The translations under genes were made by a program, and so were the position numbers. A stretch of DNA of 64,000 bases. It comes from Catajapyx aquilonaris (lineage: Eukaryota). Within the stretch, counting starts at the first letter, position 1, and each line of letters begins with the position of its first letter. A model generated the notes under the pieces. The model saw nothing but the letters and a program-made list of their open reading frames with translations, was not told the origin of the DNA and did not search any database. The DNA lies in assembly GCA_000934665.2 (NCBI GenBank), contig KZ538424.1:1-64000 (forward strand), in the 5' to 3' direction. Positions 1 through 13,646 of the stretch are shown here, in pieces.

Positions 1-1007
1 GGTAAGTGCACAATATGTGCACTTACCCCGGGTGTGCACTTCCCCCACTTCACCTTAGCGTATTCCAAGTATATTAGTACTTGTAGTTATAGAGGAAATT
101 GAGCTCCAAGCTGTTTTTTCCTAGCTTGTTGCTCCCCAATTCAAATGCCCTATTCTATAGCAACTGCTACATTCCATCACCAAGTGGTTATGAGGCACCT
201 GGATCAGGGCGCAACAAGCTACACAAAAATAACTACTTCGCAAGATATTAGTGATAACTAAAAACGACTCACAAACTTGGAACTCCCTGTATATGGCAAG
301 CGATTTTTAAAAGTTTCTCTTGTACTTTGCTACTTCTGCACCCATTTTAAATGCAAAAAATTACAAAATTCTTAACTTTCAAGCCCAGATTTTCACTACT
401 TAGAAATCAGATATTTTAAAACTGAGGTTCACTTTTTCGTATCAGTATAATCATCATCATCATCATCATCATCATAGTTAGGACCAACATCTACTAAAAA
501 ATTATCACGGTACAGTGCAAAATTAATCCTGGGAGGGATCTTTTGCGACTGTGAATGGGACTTCACCTGCATTCATGAAAAAATCACTTGCCTTGCACAT
601 TAGCTCATTAGGCTCTTTTTGGGATACAGAATTGATCATTTAGAAGCTACCCAATGTAACCCAGATATAATGCACTACAGGTAACGTGGAAAAGCATCCG
701 TACGTATCTGGGAAATGGTTCACCGAGTTAAGTTCTGGCTGAAAAAGGAACCACAATTGCAACGGCCAAGTTCCTAAAACTGGTGGAGAAACAGGAGGAC
801 TGGAAAGAAAGCTTAGTGGCCTGTGTGATCCCCAAAGTAAAGTCAAAAGCATTCTTATTAGAATCCTTGACAAAATACCACAGTAATCCTATTTTGCTAT
901 TGTGATCACTAAATTGTTTATCAGAGGACAAGTTCCCACTCCACCCAGTGTCTGCTACAAGTGTATTTCACTGGATAATGAAATTCACTCCAACATTAAA
1001 CCTGACC

Positions 1008-1210
1008 TACACTGTAAACCGCAAAACATTAAAAGAGCATCACTGGTCAGTCTCTCATGGAACCTCAAGTTTTAATGCTCTCCTAATACTCTTGTGATGC
1101 TTTTTAGCAACAAAAAAGCATAACAGGAGCATTAGAAGAGCATTAAAAATTGACGTTCCATGAGAGACTCACCAGTGATGCTCTTTTAATGTTTTGCAGT
1201 TTACAGTGTA
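1008..1210. mobile_element. Palindromic MITE with TA-CACTGTAAAC termini
   Basis: TACACTGTAAACCGCAAAACATTAAAAGAGCATCACTGGT and its near-perfect reverse complement ending at 1210. Confidence 0.75.
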
Positions 1211-1394
1211 CTGGAATGACAAAATCCTATTCCTGGTCTGAGCATCAAACGTGGGACCTCAATGGTGGTATGGCTATGGCTTTAACTACTATGCCATTGC
1301 ACCAGCTACACAAAGCAAGACTTGCATACACGTTAACATACACTCTAATCTCAAATCAGTTATCAGCAAATATAATCAGCTTTTTAAAAATTTA

Positions 1395-2250
1395 GGCCGG
1401 AATCGTGGTGTCTCCCACATGTATGGGCCCGCAAGTGCCTGTAAACATGGCGGCTGGTAAAGGGGCCGTAAATTTAAAGGAGAAGTACATCGTGGTGAAC
1501 TCGCGTATAGGCTCTTTAATCGGCGGACTCAACCCCCAGATATCACTTGCAAAGCCTAGTATCCGTGACGCAATGGGCTCTAACAGCCAATCCCGGAACA
1601 GGCTTCTCGTGCGGGTTGGGTGTGGGGGGGTGTGTAGGTGGGGGCAAGGAGTGGGGGTTTCTCTGTGAGGTTGGGGGGTTGAGTGGCAATCATCGGTGAA
1701 GGGCCCTAGGATAATCATGAGCAGCGGGCAGTTGTGATTGTTGCACCACTACTTTTGAAAATCCATCATGTTGCATAGGGTGATAGGCAGTAATTGTTTT
1801 CCATGAGGTCTTTAGGTGCGCAAATCCTTCCCGACTATACAATGAGCATCCAAACTGGCCCTCGGGCTGCCCCTGGGTGCACACCACACCATTGCATTGC
1901 ATTCGGTTGGGGATGTGATGATTAATCCGAGATTACAGAACAGAGAACGCACATTCAAAGTGGCCCCGGGCCGCCCTGGGGCCGCCCCAAGCCTCAGGCC
2001 TCCCCCAGGCACTCTCCCCCGCAACCTGAAGCAAACCCTGCCCCACCAAAACTCCCTGGGGGCCTGAAAAAGCCCTGGGCCAACACTCCCATAAGTCCTA
2101 TGGAATCTCGAGACGTCCCGTGGATTTGCAGGATGATTTCAATCGCGCGCCTCCCGTAACTTTTCACCACGGTGGCGGCCGTTGTCCGTATGGTAGTTAC
2201 ATCACAATTTATGCCCCTGCAGACTTACGCAAGCCACCACGATTCCGGCC
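1395..2250. mobile_element. Non-autonomous DNA transposon in a nudE intron (TTAA-type target, Kolobok/piggyBac-like)
   Basis: TIR GGCCGGAATCGTGGTG / CACCACGATTCCGGCC flanked by TTTA and TTAA; GC-rich interior. Confidence 0.7.
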
Positions 2251-2290
2251 TTAATAACTTATCCAAAGGGCTCAAGAGTATATTAAGTAC

Positions 2291-3022
2291 CTCTAGCTTC
2301 ATCCTTCAGCCGCTGGACCATCATCTTCAGAGCTTCTTTCTCATCAAGCTCAGACTCCAAGAAAGCATTTCGCTCAATTGCCTGATTCAGTCGACCCTCA
2401 AAGTCTTCCAGAGAGACCAGGGTTGCCCTGTGTACAAGATGCATAATGGTAACAAGCCAATCAAATTGGCACCTCTCAAACAATCAACTATACTAACCGT
2501 TTGGCCCTCTCCAAATCGTCATTGGCTTGCTCAAGCTCACGAATATATTTACTAAGGTCTTCCCGGACACTATGGTATTGAGCCAAATCTGCTTGCAGCT
2601 CCTGAATTTGCACGGAATACTCCCTATGGGACTGTTCAAACTTGCCCTGTTAGAAGCACAAGAAGAGTTAATGCCAGGAATCAAATTATATTCACCAAAA
2701 CAATCAAGAGTAAAAGTTACCCTAAGAGCGTCATTTTCCATTTTCAGTCGATTGCAAAGCGTTTTCATGTCTTGGTTACGGCGTTCAGCTTGCTCCAGCT
2801 GGATTTCTAATTCATGTTCCAAGTCCCTTGAATTGGTCTGGAACTCGTCAAGCTCCTCCTTTGCATCCTCCCATCTGAAAGGTGGATTGTTAGTCCAGAA
2901 GTATTTACTCCATTCTATTTATGGAACAAATTCTTTACTAACCCTTTCTTGTACTCCAGTGCCTTCTTCTTCCAATACAACACTTCCTCCTCATGGGAAA
3001 CGAAGCGAATATGGTCATCCAT
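2291..3022 (-). CDS. nudE: Nuclear distribution protein NudE / NDE1-NDEL1 family, first four coding exons (3022-2943, 2874-2721, 2646-2498, 2427-2291); the gene continues to the left
   Basis: Spliced translation [57 protein letters not shown]...[48 protein letters not shown]...VQRLKDEAR is the NudE coiled-coil signature. All introns are GT-AG and the phases (80/154/149/137 nt) join in frame. Confidence 0.95.
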
Positions 3023-3694
3023 GTTACAAAGTAATAGCCCTTAAACTTCTATTTCACTAGACTTCAAAATGCAATCAGGTATAAAATCTTCAGACTAAAA
3101 TTCCTCTTATATTATGCTGAGATGATAAAATTCCTCATGGTGATTCACAGTCCTAACACAAGCATCTGAAAAGAGAAGAAAAAACTTTTAAAAATAATTG
3201 CTACAGTCCAATGAACAACAACTAGAAAACAGTGGATCTGTGACTAAAACCATGCTCCCAGTATCAAGATGTGATCCAGATATTGATGGCTGGAAAAAGA
3301 GGTGACATTGCCATATTCCCATTAGTTATCCCACGCAGACTGAAATGAATGCATATCTGGGCAAACTAAGTAGAAGACAGGGTATGGAAGTACAGTGAAA
3401 ACCAAAATTAGCACAGAGTAGTGCCAGATGTATGACAGCGTATTCTGCATTCGTGAATACAGTCATGTTGCCTTCTGCTGTCTCTGGCTCTCTCCTGATG
3501 TATTTTGTATCATAGGTGGTCAAATCCCCATTATTGACAACTTGTAGTCAAACGTCATGCTTGTAACCCACACCCTTGCAGGCTGTGCAAAGAACGGGCT
3601 CTGCTGCTAGTTATGAATAAAGTGATATTTAGAAGCACTTCAAGAACACCCCCTGAACTCCTTTCTTCATCTTGAAAAATACATCATTGTTTAT

Positions 3695-4848
3695 ACGAGG
3701 ATTGTCCGACAATTATTGGGAACATTGTTACCACTCGGCACCCCAGGCTGCCAGGACCACATGTGGATAGCTACTTTTAGTCAGCCCTGGGGAACCCTAC
3801 GGTACCAATAGGCGAAGCAGTCGCAGCAGTATGTGCGGAGCAGTGCCTGTTCAAAGTGTACCCCTCTAAGTGAGCACCCTAAGATAGCCCTGCTTCATTA
3901 AGATCCCTGTTTCACGTGAAAAATCTTCCTGACAGCACCATCAAGGTCTTATGCAGACGTGTGGTGACTCTGCCTCCTGTATCATACCATTGCGAAGTTC
4001 GTACAAGCTTCTAAAGAAGGCCCCCTCCCATACTGCAACAGACCCAACCCATATTGAAGCTGTGACAACTCTGTTGGACATGGACTGGTGATGGACCTGC
4101 ATGGAATTGGCAATGGAAATTGGAAAGCAGCATCAATATCATAATTGCAACATCATCTCCGCCCATAAATATGCCTTAAGACAGGGGTTCCCAACCTTTT
4201 TGCACCCGCGACCCCCCAAATCACCTAAAATTTCACCACGGCCCCCCTTGCAAAAGTAACATACATAAATCTTTAATGAAGCAGCCAAACAATACAAGAA
4301 ATTTCCCCACAATATTAATACAAAACACCAAATATGGTACAATGCCTCTCACGGCCCCCCTGGACCTGCTCCACGGCCCCCTTGGGGGGCCATGACTCCC
4401 AGGTTGGGAACCCCTGCCTTAAGAGGAAGGATGTGATGCAGAGGTGTCTTCCATGACAACTTTTGCTGTCATGTGTCCATTGCGGTTTGGAAATTTTCTT
4501 CACGAATGGGAGCTGTTGAAACATCCTCCCTATTCATCTGACATGAGTACATGTGACTACGATCAACTGCAAAAATGAAGGAACCCTTAGATGGCTGTGG
4601 TTTTTGTCAGAGGGAAGCATGCCTTAGGGCGGTCTCTGCATGACGCCTCAGCTTTCCATGGAAATGGAAAAATGTCATCAAAATAGCTGAGGATTACATC
4701 TATGGAATGTGAAATGTTCAAGTGTGTACCCATACTGACGAACATTTCAGCAGTGCTATCTCATCTTATTCACAGTTTCGATTCGCTCTTTTGCCGCTGC
4801 AAGCTCGTGGCGCCACCAGTATTTCACCATTAATATCCAACCCTGTAC
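3695..4848 (+). mobile_element. Degenerate mariner transposon remnant
   Basis: TACGAGG terminus. Residual peptide HDN..WELLKHPPYSSDMSTCDY (about 4452-4563) resembles the mariner HPPYSPDLAPxD motif. Confidence 0.65.
4182..4416. mobile_element. hAT-family MITE nested in the mariner remnant
   Basis: TIR CAGGGGTTCCCAACC / GGTTGGGAACCCCTG with 8-bp TSD CCTTAAGA. Confidence 0.85.
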
Positions 4849-6113
4849 TATAATTGCAGTCAAATCATATCACTTCTGCTTCCTACAATTGTGCTAGCCA
4901 CATAGGCTACAGCTTCTAATTAGTACCAACTTACACATTCAGTTAATTCAAGAAGCACAATTTCTGATGACACCATTAACCTTGCATTGTTATCTACATT
5001 CTGGTCACGATATTTGCAATCAAATGAATGCCCTTGTACTCGAGCTACAAACTATTGTAATTCATGATAAACAATGTTTTATTTCACATGCCAGTCAATT
5101 TTTCATAGGCATTGCTTTTAAAAAACACATCAGTCATGTACGTGGAGTATTCAAACAAACAAGCTACAAGGGCACACAGAATCACCATGCATTTCTGGCA
5201 TTTTGTTTGGACCCTCAGATAACAAAGTGGCAGGCTACATTCACACTACATGTGACAGAATGTAGTCTGGAATAGCATGATATCTATGATTAATATGCAC
5301 CACAAATAACTCCCAGACACTATTGCACAACTGGCAGTGGCGCGAAGTCCTTGATGATACTGTATCACTGCTGTTTTTGTATTACTTACCAGACTCACTG
5401 AAATAATGCTGGTGACAAGGCAACCTCTTGTCCACTTCAGCTCCAAAATGAAAGTTGTCTGCAACAAGTGTCTTCCATGCACAGTGAGCATTCAAGTCAA
5501 CACTTCAAGAATGGCTTATCACCAGTGGTAGGTTTCTAAAACGTTGTCATAAAATCAAGAATATGGTCTCCTTTTCTCTCNCCCCCCCCCCCCCCCATAG
5601 AACTACCTACTAATTTTTACCTGACCGAGGTTAATTTTAAAATCTATTGAAGACTTGCCCTGTCATTATAAGCCAGAAGAGCACTTTAAATTTGAACAAG
5701 CGCCAATTTGAAGTACGCACTGACTACTATGGACAATCATCCTCTTCCCACTACCAATGATGAGTCAAGCTATTTAAGGATAGGAAAGGACATGTATCAG
5801 TAGAATTACATAAACAGAGCTAAGTGAAAGGATATTGGTCACACTGAGTGGGCCTGCTAGTGTGCCCTAGTATGGCAGCAAACCTTGCACTGATTTCCCT
5901 GCCCTCTATCTCTCCACCCTTCCTGCCAGGATTCCCTTCCTCTTTGGTTCCCAAGGTGCTGAACAAACTACCTGTGCATGTGACAGCTAGTGCAAATGCA
6001 TAACTTCCGGCTTCTTCTGTTTCGCCAACCGGTGACGACAACACTGCATGTGCCACAATAGCAGTAGCCAGGAAAGCTGAAGTCACCATGACAGCAAGGC
6101 ATCCTTAACACAT

Positions 6114-6389
6114 TCATTCATACCCCGTTATCAACCTTTGGCTCTTTAGGGGGGAAGTTTGTTTTGGCTGGAACTCTTTGCTTTTCATTTTACTGTGCTC
6201 TTTGGGATAGGATAGGGACGGAAGGAAGCAGCTGTGGCCTATTAATTACGGAAGCAACTCCGGAATTTCCCTGGAAGGACTGTGGGAAACCACAGAAAAC
6301 CACGGTCAGAGTTGCCGGCCCCGGGATTCGAACCCAGGACCTCCCGATTAGCAGTCGGACGCCTTATCCACTATGCCAACCTGCTTCGG
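6114..6389 (-). mobile_element. tRNA-derived SINE, family A
   Basis: Head with A/B boxes (TGGCATAGTGG..GGTTCGAATCC), 12-bp TSD TCCTTAACACAT, several copies in the window. Confidence 0.85.
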
Positions 6390-9353
6390 TCCTTAACACA
6401 TGAAATTACATCTCCAAAAAGAAATTCCAAAAAGTAATTCATATCAAGAGCTTATTAGCTCTTGTTCATATCAAGAAACTGCCTATTACATAACAGCTAT
6501 GCGTATAACAGAAGGTCATATCACTCCTACCCACATTATTTTTGCATTACAAAACAGCCTGCAGCATCATCTTATTTCCTTGCCATTGACTACTAGCACT
6601 TTTTCCCACCCCCCAGCCCAAGCAAACACATGATGCAGGAAGTTCCAGGTAAACACTGCTAAGAATGTATTCTTTCCCTCTTGCATTTGTGAATGGCCAA
6701 TGACGCAAGTACCGTATTCACTTGCTGATTTGCATTGTAGAGCAATGACAAAGCTACCCTGGGAGTTGGCAGAAATTTGGGCAGATGTGCGGCAAGCCCA
6801 CACTGACCTTGGCCTATTCAAATCATAAAGAATGGCTCCCTGGTCTCTAAAAATGCCCTATACAGTGTACTATTGGGAAGCTTTCTCTTTCGAGTGCAGC
6901 CACAAAGTAACCTACTTTCCCTCAGAATCTCTCTGTTGGACCCCGCTTTTCTCCACTATAAATGCACCTTGCCCATTAGTTTCACTACTAAGGCATTGGC
7001 AGCCTGAACCATTACCATACTTCTTGGAAGGTATTAAACAGCTCAAAATTAGGAATTATAGGAACTTGCACATGGCTTGTAATTAAACTTCCAAGCCTAC
7101 TTGCCATATGACGTGTGGCCTTCACGTTTCGCACATAAAAGCTACGTAGATGAATGCTTAAAAAATGAATTCAAGGTCCATGACACCTGCTCAAGCGAAG
7201 GTGCCACAGTGAATAACCATAGTGCCTTGCAAATAAACTTTGTAATGCTTTTGTTCACAAGAACGTGAAAAACATGAGAAGGCAGCACTCATGTGAAAAC
7301 TTCTATGCTATGATAACGTCCAATGCTCATCATTAATCTTTCCAGGGTGTACCCATGCCCAAATTCCACCAAAAATAGTCTTACTGTATCTAAAATCAAT
7401 CCTCAATATAATTTTATCGAGGCCAGAACTGAAAAATTCATGCATTGCTAGGCCATAGCCCCCTAGTCACTCACGAATGAAAGCTTTGCCTGCAACAACC
7501 TTTGCACACTTCCCAATGCAATCCTTTTTAAGGAGCCAAGTGTAGATGTTCCACAAACCTCCTTCACACTCAAGTGCAAGTCGACACAGTGAAACCACTA
7601 CCAAAATTCCCTGACTCTCAACTACAATACGGAAAAAATGATTTGGGAAAACCTGGTTTTCTGAGAAGTTGCTGATACAGTACAAGGACACTTTCCGTTC
7701 CGCCAGCAAGACTACAGTTACATTACAAACAGGAAAGTCTTGCTAACTGCCCTTACACATATTTCATTCCCAAGTCCAGACAGTGCTATACATAGTAGTA
7801 GGCAGCAATAATATGCCTGATCTGAATAGCACACACTGAAACTGATTTTCAACCAGTTCCAAAATTGAAGGCCTGCTGGAAAACCTACACTTCACTCATG
7901 TTACATGAGTCACATGTGAATTGAAATTTCTGCAATGCTAGCAGAGGCTCTAAATGGTCTTTTAATGATACTTGCAACAAAAAGGGAACTGCTTAGAAGT
8001 GGCAAAAAGGGATGAAACAACTTATCTGTAACCCTCTTTATTTCCCAGCCAAGGCCAAGTGTTGCACTGATGGAACAAGAAATAGAAAGCTCTAACAGTA
8101 AGTCTCACCATGTGCTTAGGAAATGAGAAAACAATTCTGGCAGAATGAAAACATGCAATATTTGCAGTTTCCCCCTTAACACAATTAGGTCCTGTTACAT
8201 GTAGTACAATTGCAATTGTTTATTTTATTATCTACCAGGGCTCTGCTGCATTGGGGCAACAGTCCTGCATTCCTTAGAAAACAAAAAAAATTACCCAGCA
8301 TTACACAAACTGTCACATTTATGCCTTAATCGCTTTACCTTAGAAGCCAAAGTAACACCTCGTAGCCCAAGTGGGTCACACAAGATTGTCAGGAAATCTC
8401 CCTCCCCCCTGCTATCCCCCCCCCCCACCTCCTCAACAATTATGAAGCCCCATGCTCCCCTTCCCTCCTACCCAACCACCCTCCACCTACATTCAGAATA
8501 AGTGTTGGATCATATGCTGGATGACTCATGATAGTACATTACCCAAGGTCTTCCTGCAGCATGAAATTACTGCCCAATAAGAAAACCTTGTTGTGTTATG
8601 CAACCTTTCTTTTGCTCTCTTTCTAAGGAAATCAGCTGACGCACTGATTCTTATTCAGGCAGAAGTCCCCCAGAACCCAGATTCTTCTCCAATTGTCTAC
8701 CATTAATGAAACTATTCCTAATTAAAAATTAATTATGAGAAATACATGCAACATTATATGGATTAATGGAACTGTACTAGTTCACACTGTATTGCAGTGA
8801 AATATGCATATAGCAGACCCTGTCTAATGCAGAAACTGATGCCACTTTTAGGTCTCTCAGCAATGAAAGCTCTGTAGAGCAGAATTAATAGTGAAACCTG
8901 TGTATTGCAGAATCGCACGGGGCCCCCCAAATTTTACGTAATAGATAGGTTTCCGCTATATTAATATCAAGGACGTTGCTGGCGAAAAATTCCGATTGTG
9001 ACAGGCATAGTGACTTTGGGCAGAGATTTTTTAAATTTGTTTTCTTAGTTTTCTGTTGTGCTCTAAAGAAAACATGGCCTATTACAGATAATTTTCTCTG
9101 AATAGTGAGATTCCACTTTATACAGTTACTGTATCATTGTTGCAAATAAAAATTTGCATTATTTCTCAGAAAATATCATGGTATGACTATCCAAGTCCCA
9201 TGGCTGGATGCTGAATATAGGATATTTTTCTCCCACTTTTCATAGATGTGTTAGGGCAAAACTGCATTATCCCATGGTCAATGGAATATGTCACACTGAG
9301 TATGAATGACTTTAATTGACATGCCCCACCTTGGGAATACCATTTCATCCCAT

Positions 9354-9704
9354 GATTTGTTTGTCTGTAATACCCAGTGATAGGACCGGGGGCCCTCCTA
9401 AGGGGGGAGGGTGATCTCCCAACAAGGGGGTAAGCACTTCATGGAACTGGTGTACAGAGTTCCCATGGAACTGGGTGGAACCACCTGGTTCCAGGAACTG
9501 GTGTACAATTTTTTGGGGAGTGATTACCTCCTTGGTTCCCAAGGAAGGGTCCTTTAACATAGTCATTTCTGACCCTCTTAAATACCAGACCTTTTCTCTT
9601 GGCCCTGGGCAGAGAAGGGAGTGCAATTCTGCCCAGACTTGTTGAGTGAAAAGTGGAAAAAGACCAGTAGCATAGCCACTAGAGACTAGACCATCACGTC
9701 CCCC
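9354..9704 (-). mobile_element. Probable retroposed SINE-like insertion (family D)
   Basis: 16-bp direct repeat TACCATTTCATCCCAT at 9338-9353 and 9705-9720; A-box-like head on the minus strand. Confidence 0.55.
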
Positions 9705-10460
9705 TACCATTTCATCCCATTACACCATCCACATGATTCTACTGCATACATGTTAATAAAAGGTTGTTCCTCGGAGTGAAAGCTTTACCTGAAAGTATGA
9801 TCATTACTTTTCCATCACTTTCCCCAACACGTTCAATAACATTACAAAATGGGTTCAGTCTTCCTCAGTAAACTCATTAATATTCCAGATTCCCATGTGT
9901 CTGACAGCTGAAAGTTTCTAAGGTTTGAAAATCCATACATGTCAGAGGTAAAAAAAAATGAACAAAACCTCAGCGTATGCTTGGTGATGGATGTACCAGA
10001 AAAGATGGATGTACCAGAAAAGTCGCATGAGCAAAACTTAAAGCATGTGTTCTCCAGGGATCCTTGTGATAATTTTCTGAACTCAATACGCTGGTGAGAA
10101 TTCAAAAAATGAATATTGGGATTCCCTGCTAGAATGGTTCAAGTGGCACAAGAAGTGCTATCAATGTTCAAGATTTCATATCTCTCACATGCACTCACAA
10201 GCTGATTTCTTTCAGTAGGCCTGTGTCATCTCCAAAGCTGAAATTTGGTGCCTGAATTATTCGGGTAGTGATTCTCTCTACCTTATTCCACTTTCAGTAA
10301 ACCTGCTGTTGCTGAATAGCTAACCAACGAAAATCTTTTCCCTTGCAATTTTTTGAACCCAATCGGCAATCCAACTTGGCACCTCGTATGGCAATCAAAT
10401 CCCAAAATAGCCATTGCTCAAATCAAATGAATAATAGTGAAAAATCCGATGGTAAGCAAA

Positions 10461-10504
10461 AAAAATAATATAATAATAAAATAACAACAACAATAATAAT
10501 AGTA

Positions 10505-10567
<63 letters not shown>

Positions 10568-10812
10568 GATACCCCGTGATAGGCTCCTTAGGGGATCATC
10601 ATTTCTTTAAATACCCAACTTTAATCATTGCCTATGTGATGGATTTTGATTGTGGGAGGAAACGGGAGAACCCCGAGAAAACCTACGCGAACATGGAGAG
10701 AACCCATCGAAACTCACATCCACACAAGTATCCTCCGTCCGACCCGGGGATCGAACTCGGGACCTAAGAGGTGGAAGGCTGCGGCACTAACCACTCCACC
10801 ACCGTGTCGCCC
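10461..10812 (-). mobile_element. tRNA-derived SINE, family B, with (ATT)n tail
   Basis: Homologous to 31269-31572; TSD GGTAAGCAAA. Confidence 0.85.
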
Positions 10813-12783
10813 GGTAAGCAAATATCCATTCAACAAGAACAAGCCCTTGTAGGGTAACCTACATAGGCATTATTAAAGTGCTCCATTCAACTCATTCTGC
10901 AAATTTTGTTAAAAACTTGACATATTTCCAATACAGTGCACAATAGGCTAACTTAAAAGTTTTTGGAGACTTTGGAAGTGAATTTTTTTAAAAATGGCTG
11001 TGACCTAGCAGTTATTGTATGGCCCATACTCAGCGTAATTTGCCCTTCCAATGATGTAATAAAATATCTGATTTTTGAGTGTGATCTCTAAAACTGCACG
11101 TGTCAGTTTTAGGGAAGTTGGGACAGGGTCGAAATAATGACATGACTGAAGGGCCAGAGATCAGCCAGTGCAGCTGGAGTGGAAAGGCCTAACCTGTCAC
11201 AAATACAAGGTGCTGGATTTTCCCAGCTACCAACAGGGCCCTGAGGATGTGGCAGCCTAGAGACAGAACTGCTTGTTCTGTCCCACTTGGCCTAACATGC
11301 ACTCAGGCCCTGAGTGGTGCATGGGATTGTTCAACAGTGATGCCTGTCATAGGCATTTTTTGGTGGTATGGACAGTATTTTTCTGCTCAAGGATGTGACA
11401 CCAAAGGTGAAAATGACCACCCCTAGACAAGCTCGCTCTTAATTGGTAAGAATGCTCATAGGGTATCATCTGGCAAGTAATATCCGAGGTTGCTCTCTGC
11501 AGTGCCCAAAACGAAACATAACTCCAGTGCTGGGATGTCTCAGTACTATGATAGTGTAGAGAAGGCGATGTCCAGTGGTAACAATTTTCTCTGTTTTGTC
11601 ACAGTCTTGGGCCAATACCAGAGAGAATTATCATCACTGGGATGCAGCATAAGGCCTCTGGTCTTGGACCCAGTCCATTATTAGGGTACTAAGCACAGTA
11701 CTGCATATCGCTATAGTACTGCCAACCACCAGTTGTTGATCATTTGATTTCTTGAGAAAATGGTTTAATTCATTGGACTGGGTCCTCGATCATTGCACCT
11801 AAAATTCCTATGAAGGCAGCTGTCTTAGAGTGGCAGTCTTCAATGTTTTTGTCATCAAAGAGCTATGTTACATAGCACCCGATAAAAGCGGTTCTGAAAG
11901 GAGCACAGATTAAGCCGCAGCATCTCTGTAACTTGGCTGTATAGTAAGTTTCTGCACTCAGTTGATCCACCCTTATCTCAGTATCATTGGTTTGAAGTGG
12001 GTTATTACTGCCATGTAACTTGACCTTCCCTACAATTGATATTCCCAACTTACTGCTTTTCAGGGGGGATGGGAGTCCAGAGGAGGAGGAGGAGGAGAGG
12101 GCGAGAGGGTCTCCACTGCTCTCCGAGGCCTGCCATGGAACTCGTTACCAAAATGGTGCATAGCCAATGCATTTTGAATGGAAGCGCCGCGACAGTGCCA
12201 TGAAACACAGCTCATGGAACCCCCTTTTTTGATAATTTAACCAGGACCTGTCAAATAAAAGCATGCCCTATATTTTAATCACAATAGAAGCATGGTACTT
12301 GCTCTACCAAACTAATAAATCAGCCACTTCACTGATCATCGTGCAAGCCTTCATGGAGGATCCTATGAAAGACTGGTTGAAAACCAGAGAATGCAGGTTG
12401 TGAAGTATAGCACACTACCGACACTTTTCAAGGTCAGGTAATAACCCCAACGTTTCCAACTATTGACATGCAAATGTCCCTACCTCTACCCCCGTCCACT
12501 CTAAAATAGAATAGGTTAGGCGCCAATTGCATGTCACAACACATGAAGATCACCTGACTATTTCCACTTATGTAAGGCATTCTTACCCATAAGCTAGACT
12601 CGGGATTAAAACATGTACGTAGTTTTGGTTCCAATCAATCCACGGGTGCCGTTGCCAAACATCGTGCGCGAGTTGTACAGTACGTCCTTCAGTTTTCATC
12701 TTTCCAAACGGGAACAAAAACTGGCAGCCGACTGCACCAGTCATTGACCACCGACATTACTTCCTTGAGGCATTACTCCTTAC

Positions 12784-13000
12784 CTGCATGTATGGTCACA
12801 GTCCGTAATGGGGCGACGAGCTTGTCGCATCGAAACGCCGTCACCGAAACAAGCACGCACGTACCACATTAATCCAACCACAACGAAGTGCAATTGCGAC
12901 TGAAGGAGTGAAGGATAGAGCGATGGGTACCGAATGTCCCAAGATGGCGCCATCTGCTCTGTGCGCATGCGTGTCAACGGACATGTGTGACGTCAGAGTT
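12784..13000. promoter_or_regulatory. Candidate bidirectional promoter and non-coding first exon of nudE
   Basis: CpG-rich patch with palindromic AGATGGCGCCATCT (YY1-like, 12942-12955), TGCGCATGCG (NRF1/Ewg-like, 12962-12971) and TGACGTCA (CRE, 12988-12995). Strong minus-strand donor CAG|GTAAGG at 12784/12783 and a matching acceptor TTCTTCTCTTTTCAG at 3166/3165. Confidence 0.5.
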
Positions 13001-13646
13001 AGATTAGTTAATTTTCTAGTCATGACAATCACTGGTTTTGAATTGAACAGTTTCACTAAAAACATACAATGCTCATTAGTATTGTAAAATAAACCATTAT
13101 TTTAATTATGTACTGTGCAGGTGATTAAATTCGATATTGCAGGCACCGTGGCAGGCGGTGGCAGCATTGACATAGAGAAAATAGACTGCTTAACCCAATG
13201 TCGACAGACGCATCATCCTGAAGCCGCAGCTGAAGCTGATGCGCATTCGGAAGCGCCAGTTGAGCCCAGGTAGGGTTAAGGAATACGCTGACAGTAACGG
13301 GAAAAACATCGCAAATCAAGTCACTTTCCAAATACAGTTTGCTTCCAGGGTGGTTGCTTGTACCAGGGGTCTGCCCGGGGGCTGCCTTTTACTGTCATGC
13401 CGGTCGGTCCTGCCTGGTCCTGCCTAAATTTTAATTTGATTCAAGATGGGCACCGCTTTAGCGGTCTATTTTCTCTGTCATTGGGTGGCAGACATTTGTG
13501 TAATTAATGGCATCTAGCTGTACCAACATATATTATTACATAGTCAGAGTTGTATTAATGAAAAAAATTTAGTAATCCCGCGCATATTAATAAATCTGCA
13601 CATGAAAAATAGATGTGAAACTGTTGGCAACCCTAATTTGACATCA

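Noticed and set aside
728..931. Possible further nudE exon
   Set aside because: No DLRQEL-like continuation or NUDE_C motif could be read here; the remaining exons probably lie outside the window.
13239..13268. Alternative AP5Z1 first exon ending CCCAG|GTAGG
   Set aside because: The ATG at 13239 gives phase 1 at this donor, which is incompatible with the phase-2 acceptor at 14657; it could only be non-coding.
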